Position numbers and translations under genes: made by a program. The notes under the pieces are model-generated. The model searched no databases, was not told the origin of the DNA, and saw nothing but the letters and a program-made list of their open reading frames with translations. From positions 429,836 through 493,835 of the forward strand of contig CAWDNU010000001.1 of NCBI GenBank assembly GCA_963803705.1: a stretch of 64,000 nt of DNA, read 5' to 3'. Position 1 is the first letter of the stretch. Every line of letters starts with the position of its first letter. Below, piece by piece: positions 1 to 9,198 of the stretch. The DNA is from an uncultured Pseudobdellovibrionaceae bacterium. GTDB taxonomy: Bacteria > Bdellovibrionota > Bdellovibrionia > Bdellovibrionales > UBA1609.

Positions 1-38
1 AAGCTAAGATAGACAAAATACCCTCTGGTCGAAATACG

Positions 39-935
39 ATGCCAAAGCCGTCTTGGATTAAGATGCGTCCTCCTGCAGGCGAAAAATATCTTGAATTAAA
101 AAAAATGTTTAAAGAGCTTAATTTAGCCACTGTTTGCCAAGAGGCTCAGTGTCCTAATGTTGCAGAATGTTGGTCCGGTGGAACAGCGACAATTATGTTA
201 ATGGGTGACACTTGCACCCGTGGCTGTAGATTTTGTGATGTTAAAACAGGCAATCCAAAAGGTGAGATCGATACAGATGAACCCCAAAAGGTAAGTTATG
301 CCATTTCTAAAATGGGTTTAGATTATGTTGTTTTAACAAGTGTTGATCGTGATGATTTGCCAGACGAGGGCTCGGGACACTTTGCAGAAACCATCGAGTT
401 GATTAAAATGCTAGATCCGGACTTAATTGTGGAAGTTTTAACACCTGACTTCAAAGGTAATAAAGATTTTGTTAAAAAGATAGTTGATTCGAAACCAGAT
501 GTTTTTGCGCATAATATCGAGACTGTAAAAAGGCTTACTCCGGCAGTCAGAGATCCAAGAGCTGGCTATCAACAAAGCATGGACGTTTTAAAAATGGTTA
601 AAGATATAGATCCGAAGCGATATACAAAATCCTCTATAATGTTGGGATTGGGCGAGACTGATGCCGAAGTCCAAGAGTGTCTTGAAGATTTAAGATCAGT
701 TGGTTGTGATGTGATTACATTCGGCCAGTATTTGCAGCCCCAGAAACGCCACTTGCAAGTTCAAAATTATATAACTCCAGAAAAATTTAAACAATGGCAG
801 ACTGTTGCTGAGCAAATGGGATTTTTATATGTAGCCAGCGGCCCTTTAGTTAGAAGTTCTTACCGTGCAGGTGAGTTTTTTATGAAAGGAATTATTGAAA
901 AGCAAAAGCAAAATGAAAAGCAAAATAAAATTTAG
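39..935 (+). CDS. lipA: lipoyl synthase
   Basis: 298-aa ORF with radical-SAM motif CTRGCRFC and auxiliary cluster motif CQEAQCPNVAEC typical of LipA. Confidence 0.95.
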   Translation: MPKPSWIKMRPPAGEKYLELKKMFKELNLATVCQEAQCPNVAECWSGGTATIMLMGDTCTRGCRFCDVKTGNPKGEIDTDEPQKVSYAISKMGLDYVVLTSVDRDDLPDEGSGHFAETIELIKMLDPDLIVEVLTPDFKGNKDFVKKIVDSKPDVFAHNIETVKRLTPAVRDPRAGYQQSMDVLKMVKDIDPKRYTKSSIMLGLGETDAEVQECLEDLRSVGCDVITFGQYLQPQKRHLQVQNYITPEKFKQWQTVAEQMGFLYVASGPLVRSSYRAGEFFMKGIIEKQKQNEKQNKI

Positions 936-996
936 ATTTACGCAAATTTTTTTGTAAAAAGGTTAATATAATTAAATTATTTAGATAGGAGTTTAA

Positions 997-2399
997 ATGT
1001 CTCAAATTGAAGTAGCGTTACCAGATGTAGGCGAAGGCGTCACAGAGGGTGAAATGGTGAAGTGGCTAGTAAGCATAGGTGATTCTGTTGAAGCAGATCA
1101 ACCCATTGCCGAAGTTATGACAGATAAAGCTACCGTTGAAGTTCCGACTGCTCAAGCTGGCGTCGTCAAAGAGTTTAAGGTGAACGAAGGCGACGTAGTT
1201 CCAATCGGTAAAGTGATGTTGGTTTTAGATTCTTCCGCTGAGAGTTCAACTGGCTCAGCAAAAGATGATCAAAAAGCCAAGAGCGATGGTCAAGAAACGC
1301 AAAGCTAAAGACGATGCTGACGATGCTAAAGGCAAAGAAGTTGAAGCAGGTGATTCAAAAAAAGTTGATCAACAAGATTCAAAGAAAAACTCTAAGTCGT
1401 CAATTGTGAGACCAGAAAAAGAGTCTTCTACTGAATCAGATGTGGTGCCTCCGGCAGCTGAATCAAAGGTTTTAGCCACACCGTCAACTAGACGTTTGGC
1501 ACGTGAAATGTCCATCGATATAAACGATCTACAAGGCTCGGGATTAGCAGGTCGAGTGACGAGAGAAGACGTGATGTCTACTTCTAGCGGAAATGCATCT
1601 GATCAAGGAAACGTTCAGCCCTTAAGCTCACCGTCCAAAGCTAAACCGACACTAAAAGATATTCCTAAAGCCGGCTTTTCAAACATTCTCCTCTGGTCAG
1701 GAGGAAAGAGTCGCTATCCGCGGCGTTCGTAAAAAAATTGCTGCAAATATGCAAATGGCTAAGCATGTGATTCCGCATTTTACTTTAATGGATGAGGCCA
1801 ATGTGACTGAACTAGTTAAATTTAGAGAGTCCGCAAAAGCTGTGGGCCAAAAGTATGGGGTGAAAATTACTTATTTGCCTTTTGTTATGAAAGCTTTGAT
1901 TGCAACGTCGAAAGAATTTCCAATGTTCAATGCAAGTATCGATGATCAAGCTGAAGAGATCGTATATAAAAAATACTTTAATCTTGGTTTTGCAGCAGAT
2001 ACGCCAAATGGATTGATGGTTCCGGTTATCCATGATGCCGACCACAAAACTATTCTCCAATTGAGTTCTGAAATCATAGATTTAGCAAATCGTGCTAGGG
2101 ACGGTAAACTTAAGCTAGAAGAGATGAAAGGTGCTACTATTACTATTACAAATATTGGAAGTATCGGGGGCAACTACGCTACTCCAATTATTAACCACCC
2201 TGAAGTCGCTATATTGGGAATGTACAAGATAACCGATAAACCGCTAATGATTAACGGCAAATTTAGACCAGCTAAAGTTATGAATTTAACAGTCACTGCA
2301 GATCACAGATTGATTGATGGCGCAGTAGCTGCAAACTTCTTAGCCTCTTTCATCAAAAAGTTGGAAAACCCAAGCGAGTTAATGTTGAATATGGTGTGA
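997..2399 (+). pseudogene. dihydrolipoamide acyltransferase (E2 of a 2-oxoacid dehydrogenase complex), split into three ORFs by two frame changes
   Basis: ORFs 997-1308, 1265-1732 and 1749-2399 lie in three successive frames. In order they encode a lipoyl domain (EVMTDKATVEVP), a charged linker plus E3-binding domain (ATPSTRRLAREMSIDINDLQGSGLAGRVTREDV), and the catalytic domain (EERVAIRGVRKKIAANM read upstream of 1749, then TVTADHRLIDGA). Frame changes map to 1229-1308 and 1653-1749. Confidence 0.8.
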
Positions 2400-2584
2400 T
2401 GAAGATATTGAAGAAGTGCGGTGTCGACATCAGTAAATTATGCCGTTGCTGCGCAGCTGGATGACCAGTTAAGGTAGTTTTGACAAGCATTTGAATGCTT
2501 GTGAACCAAACAGGTTATGACCGGCGCACGACTGAAAGATGCTAATTGCCTCGAGCCTTTGGAAATTTATTTAGGAGATGTATA

Positions 2585-4060
2585 ATGTCTGTTCAAACAA
2601 AAGATGGTTATGATGTGTGTGTAATAGGTGCTGGGCCAGGTGGCTATGTGGCTGCTATCAGAAGCGCACAATTAGGATTAAAAACTTGTATCATTGAAAG
2701 GGAGTTTTTAGGCGGCGTTTGCTTAAATGTCGGCTGTATACCTTCTAAGGCGATGATTTCAGCAGCAGAATTTTTACACCAAACCCAACACCAAAGCGCA
2801 GCCATGGGTATCATGGTGGGTAATGTTAGACTTGATATGAAAAAATTGAAAGGCTGGAAAGAATCAGTTTCACAAAAGATGTCAGGTGGCGTTTCGCAAT
2901 TATTAAAAGGAAATAAAGTCGAAATTATTAAGGGTGAAGCCAAATTCAAAAGTGCGACAACTTTAAAAGTTAAGTCTGAAAATGGTGAGGACTTAGAAAT
3001 AAATTCGAAGAACTTTATTGTAGCTACAGGCTCAAGACCTATAGAAATACCAGGATTCAAATTTGATGAAAAAACTGTTTTAAGTTCAACAGGTGCATTA
3101 GATTTAGATCAGGTTCCTAAAAAACTTATTGTCATTGGTGGCGGCTATATTGGCTTAGAGATTGGCGGTTATTTAAATAAGCTGGGCTCTGAAGTTACGG
3201 TTTTAGAAGCAGCAGACAAATTGCTTTCAGGTGTGGTGGAGCCCGACCTTGTCGCAGTCGTTGAAAGAAAGCTAAAAAAAGAAGGCGTAAATATTAAATA
3301 CAAAGCCTTAGCAAAAGTTTTTGAGAAAAAAGGATCTAAAATCGTCGTAAAGGCCGAAGTTGCTGGCAAAGTTGAAAGCTTCGAATGTGATAAGATTATT
3401 GTCACAGTCGGAAGAAAACCTAATTCTGACGAGATGGGTTTAAAAGAATTAAAAATGGCTATTGATGAAAAGGGTTTCGTCCTGGTCGATGCTAAAAGAC
3501 GTACTAATATACCTGGCATATATGCTATTGGCGATATTGCTGGTCAACCTATGTTGGCCCATAAAGCTAGCCACGAAGGTGTGTTAGTCGCTGAAAATAT
3601 ATCCGGCAAAAACAGAGCTTACGACGCTAAAACCGTACCTGCCGTCATCTTTACAGATCCTGAAATTGCGTCTGCTGGTATGACTGAAAGCGAATGTCGT
3701 GAGGCCGGTTATAGTAGTCTTAAAATTGGTAAATTTCCTTTTGCAGCTAATGGCAAAGCTGTGTCACTTCAGGCCACAGACGGCTTCGTAAAAATTATTG
3801 CAGATGAAGCTACTAAAATAGTTCTAGGTGTTCATATTGTAGGACCCCAAGCATCCAACTTGATTTCTGAAGCTGTGCTTGCCATTGAAATGGGTGCAAC
3901 ACTAGAGGACATAGCATTATCGATTCACCCTCATCCAACTTTAGGTGAAACTATGATGGAGGCTGCAGAGGCAACTCTTGGACATGCTATTCATATCATT
4001 CAAAAGCCACTTTCTAAGGCCGCCACGTCAGCTCAGGCTGAAAACACGACCAGACATTAA
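2585..4060 (+). CDS. lpdA: dihydrolipoyl dehydrogenase (E3)
   Basis: FAD motif GAGPGGY, redox-active CLNVGCIPSK, C-terminal HPHPTLGE. Start moved from TTG 2546 to ATG 2585, which follows TAGGAG. Confidence 0.93.
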   Translation: MSVQTKDGYDVCVIGAGPGGYVAAIRSAQLGLKTCIIEREFLGGVCLNVGCIPSKAMISAAEFLHQTQHQSAAMGIMVGNVRLDMKKLKGWKESVSQKMSGGVSQLLKGNKVEIIKGEAKFKSATTLKVKSENGEDLEINSKNFIVATGSRPIEIPGFKFDEKTVLSSTGALDLDQVPKKLIVIGGGYIGLEIGGYLNKLGSEVTVLEAADKLLSGVVEPDLVAVVERKLKKEGVNIKYKALAKVFEKKGSKIVVKAEVAGKVESFECDKIIVTVGRKPNSDEMGLKELKMAIDEKGFVLVDAKRRTNIPGIYAIGDIAGQPMLAHKASHEGVLVAENISGKNRAYDAKTVPAVIFTDPEIASAGMTESECREAGYSSLKIGKFPFAANGKAVSLQATDGFVKIIADEATKIVLGVHIVGPQASNLISEAVLAIEMGATLEDIALSIHPHPTLGETMMEAAEATLGHAIHIIQKPLSKAATSAQAENTTRH

Positions 4061-4063
4061 ACC

Positions 4064-4714
4064 TTGGATTTTATAGACTTAGGTTTGGTTGATTTCAAAA
4101 AGGCCTTAACTCTTCAAGAAGGCTTAGTTGAAAAACGTTATGCCAACATCATATCTGATACGATAATAATTTGTAGCCATCCGCCGGTGGTCACATTAGG
4201 GCGATCTACAAAAAAATCAGACTTGCAAGGTTGGAAAGGTGACACGTTTGAGGTTCGCAGGGGCGGTCGTGCAACCTATCACGGACCCAAACAACTTGTT
4301 GTTTATCCAATAGTGAATTTGAACCAACAGAATTTTATAAACCTTAAAATTAAAGACGTGATGTGTTTTCTTAAGTTATTTGAACAAGCTATTCTTAGCA
4401 GTTTGAAGCTGACCGGTTATGACAAAATGGTCCTAAAAGAAGATGTGGATTTTGATGAAAACGGAAAACAGTTGCTTAATCGTGGCATCTGGTGCGATGG
4501 CAAAAAGACAGTAGCATTTGGGATCGCTGTACGAAAATGGGTCACCTATCACGGCTGTGCGATCAATCTGTATGCAGATGAAAAAAGTTTTCAGGGCATC
4601 CAGCCTTGTGGTTACAGTTCGAAAGTCATTGGTAGTTTAGATAAAATACAGAACTTTGATTTGAAGCTGTTGAAGAAAAATTTAAAAACTGAGCTCGCTA
4701 ACTATTTAATCTAG
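4064..4714 (+). CDS. lipB: octanoyltransferase (lipoate-protein ligase B)
   Basis: 216-aa ORF with the RGGRATYHGPKQLVVYPI motif characteristic of LipB. TTG start 3 nt after the lpdA stop. Confidence 0.85.
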   Translation: MDFIDLGLVDFKKALTLQEGLVEKRYANIISDTIIICSHPPVVTLGRSTKKSDLQGWKGDTFEVRRGGRATYHGPKQLVVYPIVNLNQQNFINLKIKDVMCFLKLFEQAILSSLKLTGYDKMVLKEDVDFDENGKQLLNRGIWCDGKKTVAFGIAVRKWVTYHGCAINLYADEKSFQGIQPCGYSSKVIGSLDKIQNFDLKLLKKNLKTELANYLI

Positions 4715-4953
4715 GGCCTGTGGAAGATTCATCTAGGTTTTACATGCTTTAGATTCAATTGAGGTTGTTTTAAGCGCAGACTGAGGTTTTTGAAGTGTAG
4801 CGCCCAGCAGGTCAGTGCGAGTCTTATTTCGAAGGTCTGTAGCAACATTTGTCTTAAAAATTAAACATTTGAAGATCCAAGGGGGAATTTTGCGGTGAAG
4901 ATTTCAAATATAATAATGTCAAATGTTGAAAAAATATATTAAAGGAGATTTGA

Positions 4954-5274
4954 ATGAAAGAAAGATCGAGTAATGAAATAATTAATGTTGAAAACCGTGA
5001 GCTAGTCTCGCAACCGAACTCAGAACAGATATTGCCAAGTAATCTGAAGGCCAAGTTCCAGGAAGCCAAACATTGGGCTTTGGATAATCCGATACAAGCT
5101 ACAGGTCTGACCCTAGTAAGCTTGTTATTTTTAAGAACTCGCCTGACTCGCAAAGCACTATACTGGGCAGCGACGACTGTAGCATCTTCAGAGCTCCTAG
5201 GGGTTTTGGGCAATAGCTTTAAGGACGAAGTAGCGAAAAGTAAAAACCTAGACGAAACATCTGAGTTACATTGA
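4954..5274 (+). CDS. hypothetical protein (106 aa, one predicted hydrophobic segment)
   Basis: ATG preceded by AAAGGAG at good spacing. No family recognised. The antisense ORF 4854-5213 lacks an RBS. Confidence 0.45.
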   Translation: MKERSSNEIINVENRELVSQPNSEQILPSNLKAKFQEAKHWALDNPIQATGLTLVSLLFLRTRLTRKALYWAATTVASSELLGVLGNSFKDEVAKSKNLDETSELH

Positions 5275-5315
5275 TTTTATGGATGGTACGCTGGTTTAAA
5301 GCTTGAAACCTAAGT

Positions 5316-5440
5316 GGGCCTGTTGAAAAAGCATCATCTTCGTTGTTGCCTTCGCTTAAATCTCATTCGACGTAGATAAACTACGACTCATTCGATCTTA
5401 AGCTTGGACGCCTAGAATCTAATACTTTTTCAACAGGCCC
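5316..5440. repeat. nested inverted-repeat element (16-bp perfect outer arms, inner stems and a 9-nt direct repeat)
   Basis: gggcctgttgaaaaag at 5316-5331 is the reverse complement of ctttttcaacaggccc at 5425-5440. Inner pairs are gcttaa 5354-5359 with ttaagc 5398-5403, and cgtag 5371-5375 with ctacg 5381-5385. The direct repeat ctcattcga occurs at 5362-5370 and 5387-5395. Confidence 0.7.
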
Positions 5441-5595
5441 AAGTGATACTTCCAAAACATTATAAAAACAGATAATCGTAAATCTTATATTAGATTGACC
5501 CGTGTTAGCAGCTTCAGAATTGACACAATTTGGCTCAAATTAGTTTAGACAGGATATTGGTCATCACTGTTTTTAATTTCTGATATAACTTTGGA

Positions 5596-6333
5596 ATGAC
5601 TAAAAACTTTGATAAAATTTTAGTATTCACAGATGGAGCTTGTTCAGGCAATCCTGGGCCGGGTGGCTATGGAACTGTCCTAGTTTATCCGGAAGGTAGG
5701 ATTGAAGAGCTTGGCGGAGGCGAAAAGAATACCACTAATAATCGTATGGAAATGTTGGCTACAATTCGTGGCCTAGGAAAAGTTTCAGGTTCGAAGATCA
5801 TAGTGTTGGTGTTAACGGATTCAACGTACGTGATTCGAGGTATAAGCCAGTGGATCTTCGGTTGGAAACGAAAAGGCTGGAAGACTGCTGCGGGAAAGGA
5901 AGTTTCTAATAAGGACTTGTGGCAAAGGTTAGATCAGTTAGTTTCTGACTTAAAAAGCACCACTACTATCGAGTGGGGCTACGTAAGAGGCCATCAGGGC
6001 ATTCCTGGAAACGAAAGATGCGATGAAATCGCTGTGGCTTTTTCAAAAGGAAAATATATTGAGCTTTACCAAGGAGACTTATTTAACTACCAGTATGCTA
6101 TTCATGATATTCCAGAAGACATTTCAATTCCAGCTAGTAAAGGCACAGATTCAGAAGTCGGACACAAGGTCAAAAAGAAAGCTTATTCTTACGTCAGTCT
6201 AGTTGATGGGAAAATCTACGTAGATAAAACTTGGTCAGAGTGTGAAGCCAGAGTTAAAGGGCGTTCTGGCGTAAAATTTAAAAAGTCGACGTCTGGCGAC
6301 GACGAAAAACAAATTATAAAAAAGTGGTCATAA
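5596..6333 (+). CDS. rnhA: ribonuclease HI with C-terminal hybrid-binding (Cauli_VI-like) domain
   Basis: N-terminal RNase H fold motifs (FTDGACSGNPGPGGYG, NNRMEMLA, LTDSTYV, GHQGIPGNERCDEIA). C-terminal AYSYVSLVDGKIYVDKTWSECEARVKGRSGVKFKKS resembles the RNase H1 HBD. Confidence 0.85.
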   Translation: MTKNFDKILVFTDGACSGNPGPGGYGTVLVYPEGRIEELGGGEKNTTNNRMEMLATIRGLGKVSGSKIIVLVLTDSTYVIRGISQWIFGWKRKGWKTAAGKEVSNKDLWQRLDQLVSDLKSTTTIEWGYVRGHQGIPGNERCDEIAVAFSKGKYIELYQGDLFNYQYAIHDIPEDISIPASKGTDSEVGHKVKKKAYSYVSLVDGKIYVDKTWSECEARVKGRSGVKFKKSTSGDDEKQIIKKWS

Positions 6334-6342
6334 CATTTTTCG

Positions 6343-6750
6343 TTATTGGTTTCTGATGCTTAAGCCAAGTTTCTTAACGCCACCCAACTTAATCTGATCT
6401 AATATCGATATTACATCTCCGTGTGAAACGTTTTCATCAGCGGATATTACGGCCTGTCCAGCTGGATTCTCAGAGATAAACCCTGCAGCTAAAGCTTTTA
6501 AATTTTCGAATTGGATAGGTTCGCCATTTAAAGTAATTTCTTCCTTCGATGAAACCATTAGTTGAAAAGGAGTAAACTTTGTTTTGTCACCCGTGGTAGC
6601 CTCGGGCAGTTGAATTTTTAGGGAAGGTCTCATCACAACTGGTGCTGTTACCATAAAGATTATCAATATAACTAATAATATATCTACAAATGGTACTATA
6701 TTTATATCCGAGATTAGATCATCATCGTCGTTCTTTGCTCTTTGTCCCAT
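6343..6750 (-). CDS. ExbD/TolR-family biopolymer transport protein
   Basis: 135 aa with a single N-terminal TM (INIVPFVDILLVILIIFMV) and a periplasmic domain typical of ExbD/TolR. Confidence 0.8.
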   Translation of the reverse strand: MGQRAKNDDDDLISDINIVPFVDILLVILIIFMVTAPVVMRPSLKIQLPEATTGDKTKFTPFQLMVSSKEEITLNGEPIQFENLKALAAGFISENPAGQAVISADENVSHGDVISILDQIKLGGVKKLGLSIRNQ

Positions 6751-6777
6751 CTTAAAACCTTTTGTTAAACCAGCAGA

Positions 6778-7413
6778 TTAAATTTTCTTTTTGTGCGCCA
6801 CACACAAGTCACGAATAGTATCAATGTGATTTAGCACGGATTTTGATTTTTTATTAAAAGTGTTGAAAGCAAAAGTGGCGGGTATGGCGACAAATAATCC
6901 GATCGCTGTGGCCATCAACGCTTTCGAAATTCCAATCATTACAAGACCTGGGTCACCTTGATTTGTTGCTAGACTCTGAAAGGCCTCCATCACTCCAAAT
7001 ACTGTACCTAGTAAGCCTATGAAAGGCGCATTTGATCCAATAGAAGCAAGTGGGCTTAAAAATTTATCTAGGGTGGGTCGAATATTTTGTTTATAGCTGT
7101 CCAGGTATTCTTGCAGTCCATCAGTTCCTGCATCTTTGATATAGTTGAAACCTAACTTTATAGCCTCTGCCTCGTATCCTGTATTCATATCAGTGAACGA
7201 TCTTAAAGAGCTTAAATCATTCTGATAAACCGAGTCGTGAGAAGCCTTTCTAAACTGGTCCTGAGTTTTTTTAATTTTGTTAAAAAATAAAATTCGCTCT
7301 ATAATAAAACTCACGCTTACAATACTTAGAACGATTAACAAATAAAGAGTCAAATTGTGTCCAAATTGAGCAATTATAAAAAACTGTGCAGTAAAAAAAT
7401 CCAAATTTTGCAT
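6778..7413 (-). CDS. MotA/TolQ/ExbB-family proton channel
   Basis: 211 aa, three TM segments, conserved GLLGTVFGVMEAF block; directly upstream of the ExbD-like gene. Confidence 0.8.
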   Translation of the reverse strand: MQNLDFFTAQFFIIAQFGHNLTLYLLIVLSIVSVSFIIERILFFNKIKKTQDQFRKASHDSVYQNDLSSLRSFTDMNTGYEAEAIKLGFNYIKDAGTDGLQEYLDSYKQNIRPTLDKFLSPLASIGSNAPFIGLLGTVFGVMEAFQSLATNQGDPGLVMIGISKALMATAIGLFVAIPATFAFNTFNKKSKSVLNHIDTIRDLCVAHKKKI

Positions 7414-9198
7414 GTAAAACCTCTGTTATCGAAATCAATAGTAAAGCTTACTTTAAACTTTACTCTTATCGCAACTTCTACTCTAAGTCTTTTTAGTTGT
7501 TTTTCAAACACCAAGGGCTCGCCATCATACGTCATAGTGGCAATTGATAGATTCGGAGCAGGAACCGTTTCCTGCCCGGAATATCTAGAAAAAGGAGATG
7601 GTGGATTTTTTATATTATGTAATGATTTTGTTCGAATGGCTAACGCTTACACCACATCATTACAGTCGCCAGCAGCCCTAGCAAGTCTCGTGACTGGTGA
7701 GTACCCCTTGAATCATGAGCTTAGACATCCAGATAGTTTTCTGTCCTTTAAGAACCCAACCCTAGCCCAAATATTACTGACTGAAGATTATAGGACTGGT
7801 TTTTTTTCAGAAGGCGATCCAGTTAAAAGCTACCAGGGTTTGAACAGGGGTTTTGAAACTTTCTACGATTTTTCAACTTCAACGGGTCAGGACGGCTTAA
7901 AGCAGGTTTTCAAATCAGCAACAAATTTTATCATGGAAAATAAAACGCAGCATCTTTCTTTGATCTATGTATCATCTTTAAAAAAATTAGAAGATGGCGG
8001 TGATGTTGTCGATGCATTAGAAATTCATCTGAGCGAATTATTTGATAAGCTTAAAAAAAACAAGAAGTGGCACAACACCCATATATTGATAGTTGGGTTG
8101 CAAGGATCGTTGAAACAATCTGTAGGAAATAAATGGCCAATAGTTAATTTAAATGAAAAAAACATCAAAGTGGAAGCGTTTTATAAACCTGCCACAAAAC
8201 CCAGAGACAGCGAGCTGAGTTTTCAGATAGATCGCAACATCACACTTGCGGATTTAGGCCACACACTTATTAATTCTGCCGACCCTAACCTTGCAAAAAA
8301 AGGATACAATCAAAAATTACCAGAGTTAACTTCGCCAAAATCACTAGAGTCTTACTTTAAGAAAAAAAGTGAAACAACAATGAATTCAAGTCCAGTTATG
8401 ATCGAAAGCTCTTGGCCAGACTGGCGGTACGGTTACGCGCCAATATATTCAATACTTGATGATCAATACCGGGTTTTTTTAAATAAGGATATTAAGGTTT
8501 TCAACACTTTACTAAATCAGGAAATGCCTCTTGCAGAAAGTGACCAAATAACTGATGAAAGGAAGTATTTTTATTTGGCAACCGCTTCAAAACTTAACTC
8601 TGAAGGTAAAGATCAATTCAAAGACTCTGACATTGATAAGTTTGCTTTAGGATATAAAATCTGGGGCGTTAAAGATTACAAGTACCCCGATATCTTAACA
8701 GAGCTAGAAGCTGTAACTAAATCTGAATTAGAAAGCTCTTTTGAGATTGATAATTGGATGGCTAAGCTAAGCGTATTGCACCAAGACTGTAAAAAATTGC
8801 TAGAATTAGCAGTTCGAAATAAGAATAAAAAATGGGAGCTAGCAGCCAAATCATGCTTGAATATCAAAACAAGCTTTACTAATGATTATAGAATAGGTTG
8901 TTTAAGAGTTTTTTTTAAAAAGATTAAGACTTGGTCAAATCAATGTCAAAACGATCTTCTATATCACGCATGGAAATATATTAGTTTTGAACAATCTGAT
9001 GCTCAATTTAATAATTTCAAAACCTACTATAAACAATACGCGATTAATAACGATCGGATACAAAATAATTGGAAAACTTTTTTATCCAGCGCTTTGGCCT
9101 ATGAAACTGCGATAGAGCCTACAGATTTTGAACTATACTACCTTCAGCTTTCTGATCGTCAGAAAAACTTAATCGACCAAGCCAAGAGCCCTCACTAG
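7408..9198 (+). CDS. putative lipoprotein with N-terminal sulfatase/alkaline-phosphatase-superfamily-like region
   Basis: Lipobox-like LSLFSC. The block AYTTSLQSPAALASLVTGEYPLNH resembles PF00884-type enzymes. Start uncertain (TTG 7408 or ORF-track 7357, which would overlap divergent exbB). Confidence 0.5.
   Translation: MHVKPLLSKSIVKLTLNFTLIATSTLSLFSCFSNTKGSPSYVIVAIDRFGAGTVSCPEYLEKGDGGFFILCNDFVRMANAYTTSLQSPAALASLVTGEYPLNHELRHPDSFLSFKNPTLAQILLTEDYRTGFFSEGDPVKSYQGLNRGFETFYDFSTSTGQDGLKQVFKSATNFIMENKTQHLSLIYVSSLKKLEDGGDVVDALEIHLSELFDKLKKNKKWHNTHILIVGLQGSLKQSVGNKWPIVNLNEKNIKVEAFYKPATKPRDSELSFQIDRNITLADLGHTLINSADPNLAKKGYNQKLPELTSPKSLESYFKKKSETTMNSSPVMIESSWPDWRYGYAPIYSILDDQYRVFLNKDIKVFNTLLNQEMPLAESDQITDERKYFYLATASKLNSEGKDQFKDSDIDKFALGYKIWGVKDYKYPDILTELEAVTKSELESSFEIDNWMAKLSVLHQDCKKLLELAVRNKNKKWELAAKSCLNIKTSFTNDYRIGCLRVFFKKIKTWSNQCQNDLLYHAWKYISFEQSDAQFNNFKTYYKQYAINNDRIQNNWKTFLSSALAYETAIEPTDFELYYLQLSDRQKNLIDQAKSPH

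Noticed and set aside
2644-3519. Antisense ORFs inside lpdA (2644-3060, 3169-3519), with similar cases inside E2, valS (22730-23645), rnr (24887-25165, 26285-26755), glmU/glmS and the aro genes
   Set aside because: They lie opposite strongly conserved genes, have low-complexity or hydrophobic nonsense composition and lack an RBS. These are typical shadow ORFs of AT-rich genomes.
4795-4840. SRP (4.5S) RNA-like string cagcaggtcag...gaagg
   Set aside because: There is no GNRA-capped helix 8 or symmetric-loop pairing, and the similarity is limited to a few bases.
4854-5213. 119-aa minus-strand ORF overlapping the 4954-5274 plus-strand ORF
   Set aside because: The plus-strand ORF has a strong AAAGGAG RBS. 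The minus ORF has none and would end in the lipB-distal spacer.
5316-5440. Integron attC-site interpretation of the 125-bp palindrome following a small ORF
   Set aside because: GTTGAAA and TTTCAAC resemble the core and inverse-core consensus but occur in the wrong order: GTTRRRY comes first and RYYYAAC last. No integrase or attI is in the window.
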